Below, piece by piece: positions 35,300-49,190 of a stretch of DNA of 64,000 nt. The position numbers were made by a program, and so were the translations under genes. Each line of letters begins with the position of its first letter. Positions within the stretch are counted from its first letter, which is position 1. Origin of the DNA: Marsupella aquatica (Eukaryota > Plantae > Marchantiophyta); the NCBI GenBank assembly GCA_973895155.1, contig OZ316897.1:15933375-15997374 (forward strand), in the 5' to 3' direction. The notes under the pieces are model-generated. The model worked only from the letters and a program-made list of their open reading frames with translations. It did no database searches and had not been told where the DNA came from.

Positions 35300-35846
35300 A
35301 GGTAATACTGCGTGAGTTCTTTGAGCTTTGGGTGATCTATATTTCCGGAGGGGCTCTGTCAAGCAGACAACTCATATCTCAGAGCTGATATTTTGTAGGT
35401 ATGCTGCAAAAATAGTTGAGTGGGAAATTAGTTTGAAAAGGCTGGAAGATTCTCAGGCCTGTCCTCCAATCTTCCAAATGAATCCCCACCAGGCCCAAAG
35501 CAGTAACCATCCAGAGTGTGGATCACTTTCCCTCGAATGACAATCTTCAAATTTTACATTTGCAGGTATTATTGTCTATTCCGTAGGAATGTCCATACCA
35601 AAGATTTCTGTTTGTCATTGTACGTGCAATCGAATCCTTCAAGCTAGATTTCAGCAGGTTCACTAATTCAGGTTTTAATTGATACTGGTGGAAATCCATC
35701 ATGAAGGATTCGTTGAGCACCTCAAGGGGTTGCGTGACTAGGGAGAGAGCATGTGCGAAAAGCTCTCCATGAGAGACTACATGCAGAGCAAGACGTAAGT
35801 ACATGTTCAAGGAAGTTGGGAAATTCAGAATGATGGAATAGTGCAC
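35300..35846 (-). pseudogene. Decayed BTB/POZ gene
   Basis: LHVVSHGELFAHALSLVTQPLEVLNESFMMDF..SIARTMTNRNLWYG. Confidence 0.4.
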
Positions 35847-37563
35847 TTCAAGTTAAGGGTGAATTGCCTAGAGAGGCATGACTTTGTGGTAGCTCACTTG
35901 AGTAGAGACTGATAGGTTTTGTGGTCAACTACTGTGGCTGACTCTTCCATTTTCTTGGGGTTTCACAGATTACCCCTTTAAAAAATAAAAAATAAAAACC
36001 TTCTCAATTAAGTTAAGGGTGAATTCACTGAAGTTTAGGCGGAGTATCTTTTGTCAGCTTTAGGAAGATGATCCTAAGCTGGATGGGTAGAGATAGTGAT
36101 TACTTCTGCTAGTATGAATAGGATAATGTCCTGGTTAGAGGGCATTATAAGACATAATGCCCTGAAAAATGAGGGCGGCAGCCCAAGTTTTGAGGGCATT
36201 ATTGTCATAATGCCAATAACTAGGACATTATTGTGCATAAAAACTTGAGTGATTTTTAGGTAAAAAACAAGAAAAAGTGAATCTCTGAATAGAAAATCCA
36301 AGCAAAAGGGCCTGCAATTGGCCAACGGCATGAAAGAAGTTAAAAACAAATCTTGTAATTTTGATACAACTTATTATGTTACTTTACTTGGTAACACTAT
36401 ATTTGGGTTTTACCTTTCCTATTTTAGTGATACTTGGCATAATGCCCTCCTTAAAAGAAGGGAGGCTGTATGGAAATTAATGCACTCAGAAATACAAAGA
36501 GAAAATTCACAAAAGTATTTACGCATGAGTAATGAAGAGAGGGAAAAAAAGGGAAAAACAAAAACAAAAACCTAGAGAGATCAGTCAAAGAAAATGAAAC
36601 TGAGGCTAGGACCAACTGAGACTGCAGTCCCTGCCCTGTCCATGTCCCTGCCCATCCCCATGGACTGCATAAAGTCATTAAGTAGTTTACTCAGAAAGCA
36701 AGGGACCATGAGGTATTTGCTTGATCCACCCCCAAAATGAAACTTGTTACTTGATAGATCCCCTGAGGTCTATCAACAGTCCAGATCTGAGATTGGAAGG
36801 TCCATCAACGGTCCAGATTGGAGAAAAGTATCGAGGGAGTTGATTAAGCAAACTTTTTCCAGAAGGGGGTCTACTAAGGATATCCCTCAAGGGACCATGG
36901 ACTCCATAAGTCACTGACTAGTTTACGCCATAAGAAAAGGGACTGGCTGCGTTTTGGATGGAACTCGGGATGGAACTCAAAAATAGCTGATGGATCCAAG
37001 CTGAGATCAAAGCTTGGATGAACTTGCTCAAAATCTTTAAGTCAACTATGATAGTATTTATTTACACTTTCAACTGGAATGTTGTCTTGAATGTTTGTAG
37101 GCTCTTTCACTTACATTATTGAACTGGTCTCCTTTTGGTGGTTTGATGACTTGGTGGCCTTGAATCTGAAAGATGCCACACAATTACTCAGGAAATTTTT
37201 TAAGATCAAGTGAAATCATGATTTACAATATTTGACCATCTTATCTTAAATATAGCAAGTGATCCCAGAAAAGTCTCAAAACTTTGTCCAGTAACAGATT
37301 GAACATGAGAGACAATGCCCAAAAAATAGCTGATGGATCCAAGCTTTGCCAGTCCATGGGGGCTTCCCATACAAGGTGGAAGTTCATCTGGGCTTCAATT
37401 TACAACCAAAACAAGAAGGATACAATTGGTAATGAAACGTTTTAAGTACCTGGCTGCAACACATGACTGGTGACTCAAATGGCCATTATACATTTGCCTC
37501 TTGTGTAGAGAATGGTGTTTTTCCTCGCTGGATCGCTTTTGCCTCCCCTTCGTTGCTTTGTTT

Positions 37564-37929
37564 GGCATTCATTGCTTTCTGTTTTGCACTGTCTGCAAAA
37601 AATAAATTATGCCCAGAATTATGGTTCAGTTCATCCTCAACGTTTTTTATGATAGTCCTTGAGGTCAGGAAAGGACTTCTACACACGCAATCTAGTGGCC
37701 AGACGAACATAAATCTAAAATTGATACCCCTAATGTATGACAGCTTGTTGGGCATTCATTGCTTTCTGTTTTGCAATCTCTGTAAAAAATAAACTATGTC
37801 CAGAATTATGGTTCGGTTCATCCTCAACGTTTTTTATGATAGTCCTTGAGGTCAGGAAAGGACTTCTGCACACGCAATCTAGTGGCCAGACGAACATAAA
37901 TCTAAAATTGATACCCCTACTGTATGACA
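37564..37929. repeat. Tandem duplication, 187-bp period
   Basis: GGCATTCATTGCTTTCTG..ATACCCCTA.TGTATGACA at 37564 and 37751, near-identical. Confidence 0.9.
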
Positions 37930-38460
37930 ACAGCCCGTTTACTATCCTCGAATCAGCCTACTGCTGCACTTGACATCAGGGAAATGCCGAGCCAGGGCAA
38001 GAGGGTGAGTGGACGTAACGATTCTCGTTCGCGTATGTCGATGTGCTACTGCTGCCGCCATCTTCACACCCTTGCCTCTCGCCATGAGAATATCTTGAAG
38101 TTCGGGCGTTAATTCCTGGAGTGTCGGTCCAGAAAACGAGCAATTTCAATTTGTGAACATCCGAAGCATAGATTCCAGCGAAGTAAAAAATTACAATTTC
38201 AGGTTGTCTGGTAAACTGAGAAGAGCTAGCTCGACTTCGGGGAAACGATCTCCACTAGATTATAGTAAACTGGTTGTGCAACTCTCTCTCGTTCTAACAA
38301 ATATTCAAATTGGATTTGATATATTGACATATCTGTGACATGTCAAATATCAAATCATAAATCCATCATCTCGAGTGAAGTAGTACATGCATGAAGAATG
38401 AAGACATCTCTGACGACGCACACATGTGACACAAATCGGTTTAAAAGAATAAGGTTCAGA
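37750..38460 (-). pseudogene. Possible decayed CxxC-BTB gene
   Basis: FKPICVTC; QDILMARGKGVKMAAAVAHRH; EDSKRAVVIQ; SILDLCSSG. Confidence 0.35.
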
Positions 38461-41142
38461 GCTGTCACTAACAGAAAGTTGTTGGGGCCATCTCTCGCGC
38501 GTGGTACGTTTCCTATTCTTTTTACAAAATAAGAAGAAAAGTTGTGGGGACCAGAACAGCCGTCGTCGTGTAGCTGCTAGCTTGAAAACGCGAAAGGAGA
38601 CTGGAGTTGTACTTTGATTTAGTACCATGCATGGCATACATTTGCATGAGTTCATTCGGGTTGCATTTGAATTTTGATAGGATGTGGGCATTCCAAATGT
38701 GGGTAACGAAGGATCAGGGGAAAGTGTATGACAAAACAAAGATTGGGATTTAACAGCTCGCCTGAGCAAACTGCGTATTTGGTACGGTAATTCTGTTTGA
38801 TTAGCTAGATTCTGATCAAGGGCAATGTCGCTCGATGCAATCGGGAGCTACTACTAGTGACAATAGTATTAGAGAGCGATGTTCTCGGCAATCCATTTTC
38901 TAATACTACAGTTGGTAGTTCCGTATTTCCCGATTGTGATTAAGGACACAATCAATTCCCATCCATGTAAGAATGCCTTTGGGCTTGAGTGGCAATTCGA
39001 AGCTGAATCTAGTTCGAAGTTGTGCTAGTGTGTGGGCGCCCTAGTCACCCTTATAAAGAATCATCTCGTGAGAATGATGATGGCATTTCCAGGCAGCAAT
39101 CCTTATCCTGATTTCTATATTCAGAATTTCCGTTTGTGCCAATGATGGCTTCCAAACGCACTCAGAATTTCATCATGATTCGAGAATGACTAGACCGGTG
39201 TCCTGTTCCAGTACAGAGCTACTGTAAATTTTGTTCTGATCCATCTGCACGAACCCACCGACCGAAACCCGAACCTAGTGCTATCGCTCTTGCTGGTAAA
39301 GTGATTTGATCGCCACTTCCAGGACTCACAGTTACCTGAAGCTTTTGCTTCCCAGCATACTGTAGTGTAATCGTGTGTTTTCTATCTATTCCCAGGACGA
39401 AACTGTTTCATCCTCAGCAATTTATAAAGTTCTGCGTCTCACTCTTGCTGTATCTGTATCTGTATCTGTATCTGTTTACTTTATGGCATGAAGCGTGATC
39501 TTCAGGCAAAAGTACTTCACCAGTCACTGTCGGTAATGCGCTGGGGTTGGTAGGCGCCAGGATGCTTTGGGTCTTAAATTATTCTATTCCCGTTTCTAGG
39601 AAAATGCTTTTCTTTCTCCATCTGCTCTAGCTTCTGAGCTCTTGAGCTTTTACAATGAAACAACTTGAAGCACTCTGGAAGGCTTCATGTTGTATGGAAA
39701 TGTATGGTTTGATTTTGTTCCCGAGTTTTCGAAAAATGGTCCTCTCGTTAAGTTGATTTTCCAACGACTTACTGAATCGGATTTCCCTGCTCATGCAAGA
39801 AATCACTCCAAATGCTTCAAATTCTATCATTCGCTTTGGCTGACAGAAACTATGCATAACGGACTGGACGCCGATCTCTGTCGGTGTTACGTTCACCTGC
39901 ATTAGCTGGTTGGCAAGTATAACTTTTGGGCAGATCTGGGCTATTCCTGATAGTCTTTGCAGTCCACGGGATCGAAACATTGCACAATGTATAGAGAATC
40001 AAGCCAGCACTGGATAGTTTTATTGATATTGAGAATGGAAACATTCACCATGATCTTTTACACTGTCCCAACTGTAGTCCTTGGGGAAAAAAAGCCAACT
40101 GTAGTCATTGGGGGAAAAAGAAACCTTAAGTCGGAGTTCCACATGCGCATCAATTAGATAAAGTTTGAACGCTTGAAAATACTTGCCTACAGTGCCAAAT
40201 AGTGCTCTGCTTTCGACTGCCCACATGCCCACTGTACTTCCATACAGTTTTAGTCACTCATTCGCGATTTTATTGCCTGGGAACTTCTTGTTTCGCCTTT
40301 TCCTGTTCGATCGGGAGAGGAATTCCAAGTCTAGGTCAATCAAGTTGTTCCTGACTGTGCTAGATCGATCACATTCGGCAATCATGACTAGCTTGCGCAT
40401 CATGCTTCAATGTCCTCCACTTGTAAAGAATATATTTGCTGGACCGGGATGATATCTGTCTTAAATCGCCAACAAATGATCTGATATTTGAAGCCCTTGC
40501 AACAGCTGATTCGGTAATGATGCGCAGCCATGCGAGGCCCGGGACAACATTCGTCTGTCCATGATGAGAAAAGCCGGGCGGGGATCAGAAGTACTCAGCT
40601 ATTTGGTCACTTTAGCAGTTCCCTAAAATTCTGCGATGAGAAAACCCATCTTGGTCCCTCTCAACAACATTCATATGAGCCGAATGGATGCGATCGCCGT
40701 TACCTGACCCAACAGCAACTGATTGAATGCCCGTGCAAATGTTGCGGTGCATCTTAATTTCCAGGAGCTACAAAAGGACCGTAGCTGGAACTGTGGAAGT
40801 AGGATTACAGCGAGCGCCCTGGCAGTGCTCGAGGCTAGCTAGCATCCTTGCGAACTACAGGACTGGGCTGCTAGCTCAAGTGACGAAAGGATAACAGAAA
40901 ATAATGCATGTTGTTTCCTCTGGAGCAGCAAGCTGCACGTTTGGTACCCGGCCGGTTCCTTGCCTACTGCGACACTGTCTTCAACATTTCGCTGCTATGG
41001 AAAGGTCAAAGTGGCTACAGGTGAATGAATCTATTGTGCCAATTAGATGCGAATTGATGATTCGACTGGCACCCGTCAGTTGAATGTCAGTACACTTAAC
41101 AAATGAATTTAGGTTCTTGACTAAACAATGCGAATTCCGGGA

Positions 41143-41800
41143 TCATTCAGGGAGAATTCCATCTGAGGATTCTGTTTTTTCAACCAAAAGAAACTCTGAA
41201 GCCAGCCCAGACATGGAGTCCGCACATCCTTTCCGTAAGTTCCTCGCAAACTCATGATTGCAGAGCTCTGCTAACAAGTCTGCGCCCTGTAATGTGCCGT
41301 CTAGTCTTTGATGGCGGACTCTGGCTGATCTCATGCCCGTCATACTTCTCGATTAGAAAATTATAATGTTCAATAAGGTTAATCTCGTTCACACGTACTT
41401 CTCAGATAGTCTTTTGTGTGTTGTCACACTGAGGTGATTCAGCTGTCGAAAAGGCATTCCACCCATCGGCTGGTAGACTGGAAGTGCTGCTGGACCCCAG
41501 CTCGGAGTGAAGCAATCATGTTACATCATGCACGTACTTTCTCTTCGAGATTAGGTGTTGAACAACAATTGTTGACAGTTCTGATGAACAATTTATTTGC
41601 AGACGGACGTGTACACATATCTCTTCACATATCCCGCTTACTTCCATGTGTGTACTGTAATCATCTGAGGGACCCATTTTCATAGTGGCCTCGTCAACGA
41701 GAATGAACAAATGAAAACTTATTAGGCTGCGCCTGGAATTAATCATGCTTATAACTTTCAAGTCTGCATAGAAACCACCAAATAGCAGAGATCGTTTTGT
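41143..41800 (-). pseudogene. Decayed BTB/POZ gene
   Basis: FYADLKVIS..LISFHLFILV; SRWVECLFDS; LLAELCNHEFARNL..SGLASEF. Confidence 0.45.
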
Positions 41801-42616
41801 AGAATAAAGCAGTTTGGGTTACAGACTCCTCCTTCGCTGGTGGAATTGCTCATCCACCCGCTCAGGAGTGCTGTTCCTGGAATTAGACGGGTCCATCTCT
41901 TTGCTGCCAACAATCATCAGTTGCCGGCCATTGAGACACCATACTGCCCCTCGCGAATTTTAAACACCACAATTTTAAAAACGGAAAAAAAGCATAATTA
42001 TGAGAAGTCACCGACACTGTTTCTTAGCTTACGTAGATAATCGAAACTGTCGGCTGAACACTCTGGACACCAAGCACAGCAGCTTTTGTCTGTTTGGTAC
42101 CCAGGCCACCGAGCTTATAATCGATATAAATTTGGAAATGGGCAAATATCCTGCACAGGGCACGCGTTCGTGTCGGTCCCATAGACCGATAGATGCCGAC
42201 CCCTGCCGTATTCAATTGCCTTAAAAACTCCTGTTCCGTTTGTGACGCGAGGCTGTCGTGGCACTGATCTGTTGACCGAAAAGCATCGACAGTGCCAGCA
42301 GATGTTTCTTTCCTTTAGCGATCGGGATCAGCTATCTCCGGGATTTGCCTCCTGGCTACTTTTCCTGTACAGATTGCATGGCTTCGTACAGAGAGGCATC
42401 ATAGAAATTTGTGACTTCAATTTGTTCAACAATTCCCAGCATTATCGTATCCTGAATCAGCTCTACTTTAAGAATGAATCACGGCAAAATGAATATTTTG
42501 TACCCCAAATCCCTTTTAACCTTCTCTAACAAGACACATCCTATATCAACTGGGTGATTGTCTGAATCTCCTACAAAGACCATATCATTTCCAATTCATT
42601 CTTTGTGAAGCCTTTC

Positions 42617-42720
42617 ATATATATATCACAGTGCAAAAGGACAAAATTGCCAAACCGGGAGACAGGGTCCCAATGGCAAAGCAACCCAATAAAAGGGAAC
42701 GGAATGGAAAGGGAAAGGGA
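42617..42720 (-). repeat. Member of a dispersed short repeat family (LINE 3'-end-like); other copies at ~615, 24495/25287, 44520-44850, 46350 and 62355
   Basis: Shared consensus TATATCAC..GCAAAAG.ACAAAA..GGGAGACAGG.TCCCA..ACCCAA.AAAGGG; the 44520-44850 copies are in the opposite orientation. Confidence 0.65.
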
Positions 42721-42969
42721 AAAGGCTCCGAGAATACCAAAGAGGTCCAGCAGAAGGGAATCACTTTGAACCTTCGCTACCTGGCTAGCTTTAGCAGTAC
42801 AGTCTTATGGTACACCAACTGGGTTGTTGAATCTCCAAACTGCTTTCTGATAACTAGTTACTTATGCTTTTTTGTCCACGGTCACAGGAACAGAGAGGCC
42901 GCCTGGGGAGGGAATTTAACTTGCTTAAATCTCGCCGAAGGCCCGACATCTACCTTCTCCCCTTAGACC

Positions 42970-43770
42970 AGGCGTTGACAAGCTTTTGCGATCAGTGGCA
43001 ATCTTGTTTGCTAAGAATTTCGCAAAGAGTGGCAGAACTTATAGATTTTCTCTGTTGACAGCGTTCTGATCAAGTGCAAGTATTTTGCACAGTTCAACTT
43101 TCTCAGGTCTTTCCAACCTTCTGCGAACAGTGTAATGTTCTGCTCAGAATTTCGCAAAGACTAGCGGAACTCATAGATTTTCTAGACTCCTCACAACACG
43201 TGTTGAGACGCTGCTTTGATCCAGTGCAAATGTTTTGAACAGTCCAACTTTTTCTGATTTTTGTCAACCTCAGGGCTGTATGCCTGTTGACCCGCAACGT
43301 CACCTTGACAGCAGCAAAAATTTGCAGCGTAAAACGTTTTTCGAAAAGCTGATAAGACAGTTTTGAAAGCTTCATCCTTACCGCCCCAGATCTTTGGAAA
43401 ATTACCATAGTGCAAGAATATTCAATTAGACAAGGATATTTAAAATTACGTGGGAAAGTATCCCTTGTAGAGAAAACTTGTTCACTTAGTATTCGTCTCC
43501 ATGTGCCACTGCCAGTATCCATGCAAAGCTAATAAAACTTTTATAAAATGCAGCGTGAAAAGGAGATGTTCCGTTGTTGCGCAGTGTCACCCGGCACTAC
43601 CGTAGCTCTGGGTCAGTACCATCAAAGTTCAAATTGGTTCGGAATGTTTGGTATCCAACTACGCTCCATAGCTCCGTAATCCACGCACGAAATTACGGAT
43701 GCTTTGGACTCCGGAAGGTACGGGGCAAAGTTTTCTCGAAACCACGGAATTATCCCACAAGTTTGGCATG
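42970..43770 (+). pseudogene. Decayed CxxC-coiled-coil-BTB gene with a duplicated N-terminal segment
   Basis: TSFCDQW..LLRISQRVAELIDFL and PTFCEQCNVLLRISQRLAELIDFL; then, across frameshifts, LNSPTFSDF, TFFEKLI, QGYFKITWES and IKLL*NAA*KGDVPLLRSV. Confidence 0.5.
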
Positions 43771-45369
43771 AGCATGAGGACTGACTGGATTCCAGGTACT
43801 AGGCAGCTAGTTCAACAAAATAGGACTGAATGAATCGATATATTCAATCATTGGCTCATAAGCAGCAAATCATTTAGGTGAGTTGAACAAAATATCAATT
43901 AATCGTTTCTCATTCTTATAAGACAGGTTGTTCGACCTCGACGTAACTACGGCATGCGAGAACTCTAGAAGCTTGTGGACCTCTTGTCCTAATGAATTCA
44001 GAACTGTCTACAACTTATTGAATGCAGATCGGCGATCGAAAGCGTCAATTGGACTTACTAGTCACAGAGATTCCGAAGATCAATGGATGTATCTGTTTGT
44101 TTCTATCTTGAAAGGTCAAACTTACACTGAGTAAATAGAAATCACGGTACAGGGAGCTCCCAATAGAAGAATGGCCCAAAGGACAAGGCAAAACGACAGA
44201 TGCGTCCGACTAGTGCCCTTTAGTTTTCTACCTCCAGCGACCTCCAAACCAGAATATGTCAAAACTCAGCGTCGATGTGTCTGTTTTGGTAAAAGGGAAT
44301 GTAAGAGAAGGGATATTCTAATTGTTTCCTCCCTTTAAGTTGGGTTCCTTTGGGAACTTATTTCCTAGTTTGAGGCCTTTTATTCTTTGGTAGTGCGTAG
44401 TAGCTAGTGCCATGTAAATTATCTGAGAGGTAGTTAAGGTTTCCCTTTTGCCCCTTAATTCAGTTTAGCACTTTCTGTTCTTTAATTGTGATATAATGTG
44501 AGAGAGCGGTTTTCCATTGTTTTGTCCCCTTTGTTGGGTTTCCTGTGTTCAAGATCTTGTCTCCTGGTCTGACCCTTTTTGTTCGATGTGATGTATATAA
44601 TGTTGAGAAAGAATACTTTTTGTTTGTTCTCTAGCACTTTGACATAATTATGTGTCATGTGCGAGAGTATTATTCTCTTTGTTGCGTTTGAGATCTTGTC
44701 TCTCGGGTTGGCCCTTTTTGTTCTTAGGCAGCGTGGTAGGTATAAGTGTGCTATACTTTTGTTTTGGGCAGTGTGACACAGTGATACCTATTAACAGCGA
44801 TATCCTTTTTGTTCTTGGGCAATGTGATATATGTATTGTGTGAGAGAATGCTTTTTGTTCCTTTGTATAGTGATGCATAATTATGCTGTGAGAGAGAATA
44901 TCATAGATACAACTCTAGGACGATGCCTTCCGCTTTGCCCCGGCGGCATTGGCTCCACTGACGTTGGCTTCTGCTCCAGTTGCTTGTCGATTTACAAGCA
45001 TAAAGCTGAATTCTCAAGGGAAAAAATCATAGGCACAGTAGCTCTACTGGGACATCGACGTAGAGTCAAGCAGTCTCCACGGTAATGAGCATGCTCCGAA
45101 AATTTGCTGGCAGCTCAGGGCGAGGCCAGGCGAGCCAAGGCTATGAGCCTCGGCTAGAGTAGCTGGCTGTCTGGCTAGCATTCCGAGAGAGAGCACTGCA
45201 GAAGTGGCTGATTTTGAAGCCTAATGCTCATTTGTCACGTACCGGATGCAGAGAGAGAACTTATTAGAGAGAACAGTTGAATTTTGAAAGAGCTCAGAAA
45301 AGTAACGACGTAAAACGTTAGAACGGACTGACTAGACACCGACTGCGTGCCTGTGGGCCGGAAAGTATT

Positions 45370-45800
45370 GTGGTCGCTTGCAGGAGATTGTGTGATCACT
45401 GCTGTGATGAATCTTTACTGTTCGACCTTCTCAGACACACCTTACTGGACACGCAATCTCGAAATTTGAAATTTTGGTCTCTTTCTCAATTGAGAACTTA
45501 CAACCCACTTCATTCATACTCACCACGAATCTGGGAAACGGTCTGCAGTCTGCCTAGCCTGACCAGCTCTCACACGCACATGTCTTGCTCATCAAAGCCA
45601 CACCTGGTGCTCGGAATGTGCAACCACATGTGGAGACTGGAGACTCGAGAGCTCTTTGGCCTTTGGGGCGAGTGTTGGGACGTCAGGCTAGCTACCAGGT
45701 GACACTGCTCCCAACATTGAACACGAGACCAACAACGGTGCACACGTATACAAGATGTCATCTGTATCCAGCTCAGTTATTATCACTCTTTTTTCCATCT
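45370..45800 (+). pseudogene. Decayed CxxC-coiled-coil-BTB gene
   Basis: LCDHCCDESLLFDLLRHTLLDTQSRNLKFWS (compare TCKECYEEA..DLKAKVAFLRFWS of At4g08455-type BTBs, from memory); next frame LIKATPGARNVQPH..TVHTYT. Confidence 0.45.
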
Positions 45801-46684
45801 CTTTGCTTCCGTGGGGGATGGCCCATATATCAACAGCTGTCCTCAGAAGGCAAGTTCCCACTTTCTACCGTCTGTCCGAACCCTTTATGATAGACTGATT
45901 AATTAAAACGTTGAGATAACGACATCTATTATATGTATATCACTAAACAAAAGCACTGATGGATGAGACATTGTCCCTGTCCATCTTCATGGTCTGCGTA
46001 AAATATTGTCCCGTTTACATCAAAAAGCAAAAATAATCGATAGTAATGTAGTTGACTACTTTGACATCATGGTGATCTTGAATAATGGCATGATGTCTTG
46101 ACATTTTTCAAGTTCAAGGTTGTGGGGTGGTCAGGATACCAAAACAACCAGTGTCATTATGTAATTGGTTTTAGGGAGACGAATGGTAGGGAGACATTTC
46201 AATCAAAAGTGTAAACAATGTTATCTGAGCCGGTTTAAATATGAGCAATTCCATCCAAGCTTTGCCAGTCCATCTGGGCTACATAGACAAAGTGGAGGTC
46301 CATCCGGGCTTTAGTTTCTATATATCACAATGCAACAGAATCTATTATGTATATAGCACTACAAAAGAACAAAAAGGAGCCCACCTGAGAGACATGATCC
46401 CAAAGGTTAAGGACCTAGTCAAGGGAAGGCACCCAAAACTGGCAAAAGGCTAAAACAGCCAGGCAAGGAGAGCACCAAAAAAAACCTACCAGGAACATCT
46501 ATTCCAAGGCTCTAGAGAATGCTAGGAATAAATTTGCTAGCTTACTATCCTGTTGGGGTTAAATTGAGCCTTGTAGGTCACTTATAGGTCACTAAGAGCA
46601 TCTCCAGCTAGTGGCAAATGACCTCTAATCTGGACATGTAGCCCATCATTTGGAGGCTATAAATTGGGAAATCTTCCTAAGTAT

Positions 46685-47105
46685 TGAATTCAGTCACCAG
46701 CAGTCCTCCTTCTTTGACCTCTATCCTCTCCAAAACTCCAAAGTGATGTGTTGTCATACCTAGATTCAAAATCTTAAGCATATGTAGGTTCTTGTGACAT
46801 TTGCTGTGGAGGCCTAGAAATTAGAAAAGCATCCGTAACGCAGGGTTGAATTCAGTCACCAGCAGTCCCCCTTCTTTGACCTCTATTCTCTCCAAAGTGA
46901 TGTGTTGTCATACCTAGCTTCAAAATCTTAAGCATATTTAGGTTCTTGTGACATGTGGTGTGGAGACCTAGAAATTAGAAAGACTCCATATTAAATTCAG
47001 TTACCAGCACTTTAATTCTTTTACTTTGACCTATATCCTCTCCAAAGTGATGTGTTGTCATACCTAGGTTCAAGATCTTAAGCATGTACAGATCTTGTGA
47101 CATGT
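46685..47105. repeat. 3 x ~150-160-bp tandem repeat
   Basis: AATTCAGTCACCAGCAG..CTCTCCAAAGTGATGTGTTGTCATACCTAG..CTTAAGCAT..TCTTGTGACAT occurs three times. Confidence 0.85.
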
Positions 47106-48679
47106 GGAGTGTGGTGGAATCTATGACCTAGATGGGAATAGGGTTCGTCTCTATCCTAGCTGCCATTTCTACCCAGAGGTTAGGGTTGTGAAAATGGCTG
47201 CCATTTATTTGGGGACAGGGGCCATGCAGGGAAGCCAACTCTCCAAAATCAGCCCATACGCTCTTTTGTAGGTTACAAACTCGTTTGATCCTACCCTGGA
47301 GATGCTGTTAATATGGCATTTCTATTCACAGCTTACTATCACGTATATGCTCGTTTTGTACGTTACAAACTCATTTGACCCTACCCTGGAGATGCTCTTA
47401 GTATCATGGCATTTCTATTCATTGATTAATATTCTAAGCATGAGATGTTGATAAATTAAAGGTGGGCTTTACAAGAACTTGGGGGCACAAATAGTCATTG
47501 TTTACCCATTGCAAAAGTGAGGCCAATTGCATACACTAAACCTAAAATGCCTGGGACATTTTTTTCTTTTTCGTTTTCCTTCTTCCTAGGTTTTGGGGAT
47601 TTGCCCATTTTCTTTAGAGTGGTGTTTTTCCCTTCGGATCTCTTGTCTTTTTGTAAGGCCCGGCCCCAATTAGAAAGTTGGGAAGAAGTTGAATATATGA
47701 TCTTTATTACATCATATCGAACTTATGTTTTGAGCTTTCTAGTCTAGCTGAACCTGAGATGCTGAAATCTTTTCCAATAATTTAAAAAGTTGGGATGACG
47801 TTGAGCTGCCCTGGTCACTTAATATTGCATTGATTAATTTATATTCCTAGCTTACCATTCTAAGAGTGAGATGCTGACATCTTTTCCAAGAAGTTAGAAA
47901 GTTGGGATCAAGTGGAGCTTTATTGCTCACTCCTTGAATGTTAATGTGGCAGGAGTGCTACTTCAACAAAGCTTTATCTGCCCAGCCAATGATCTGGGCA
48001 TTTACCTCATGGAGCTCAAAATGCCCTATGATGGAGCACCCTGACGAAGGCTCTCAAGTGCACCCAGGTATCAGGCAAGTGTGGTAGCTACCTCTAGGCT
48101 GTAGACTCATCCCTTACCTCAGCAGCACAGAATACATTCCAGTCAAAAGGAGGAAGTGCGGCTGGGGGTGGGTAGCATTACTATAGACTGAAATGTTCTT
48201 AAGTACGTTGCCACTCTTCTTTAATTGTGAACATAAATACAGTTACTTTGTTACTCTGTTTAGTTTAATTATTATTTTGTCATCTTAAGCCAAGTTAACT
48301 ACAATTAACTCGAAACAAGCAAAGGTTGCCATCAGATGATCATCCATGTTCTCTGCCCTAACTGCTGCACCCTTTCCTACCCCAACATTGGGTTTGGTTT
48401 CTAGCTTAGTTTGCTCCGGACCTGCCCCCTTCTGGTTGGCTGCTCCACTCTCCCATCCCCCTTGGCCAGGGCTGGACGAGGGGTGTTGAGGTAACTTTGA
48501 TTATGTAAACTTGCAGATGTTGACCGTAGGATCATTTGGACAAGGTAAACAAAGTGACTTTACTCAACCAGAGGTGGCAATGTAATAATTAATAAAACTG
48601 AAAAGAAAGGGGAAGTATGCAATCGACCCAAAAAGAGATAACAATATATATATATATATGAGCTAAATACCCATGTGTT

Positions 48680-49190
48680 ACACAAAAGATGTCGTGACGC
48701 CCAAGATGTCGTTAAGAGAAAAGATGTCGTGTCACCCAAGACGTTGTTAAGAGAAAAGATGTCATTAAGAGAAAAAATGTCATATCGCAATGTCATTGAG
48801 ACAAAAGATGTCACTATGCCCAAGATGTTGTTAAGTATAAAGTTTTTGTTAAGTACAAAATGGTCCATAAGTAAAGACAGTGATGTTTGTTAGCATATAT
48901 GTTGTCAAGTCTTTGTTGCACAAAAGATGTTGTTGCTCAAATACTCCATTGCATTTACAATATTGTTAAATAAAAGATATCATTAAGTAAAATATGAGGT
49001 TGCTCGAAAGATGTCGTTGCGTAAAAGATGTAGTTTACTAAAGGATATCGTTTGGCGAAAGACATCAATGCGTAATAGATGACGTTGTGCTAAAGATGTA
49101 GTTGAAAAATATCATGGTGAAAAATATGTCTTTGTTAGAAAGATCTCATTGCGTTAAACAAATTGTTGAGTGAAAGATGTCATGACACAA
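48680..49190. repeat. Degenerate short-period repeat (AAAAGATGTCGTT-like units)
   Basis: Many AAAGATGT/AAGATGTC motifs at ~18-20-bp spacing. Confidence 0.7.

Noticed and set aside
39627-39980. Additional BTB relics here and at ~1.2-1.7 kb and 57.4-57.7 kb
   Set aside because: Only one weak motif each; not separable from chance by eye, so left for HMM testing.
44145-44165. miR319/miR160-like sequence (ACAGGGAGCTCCCA)
   Set aside because: Only a partial match, with no precursor hairpin seen.
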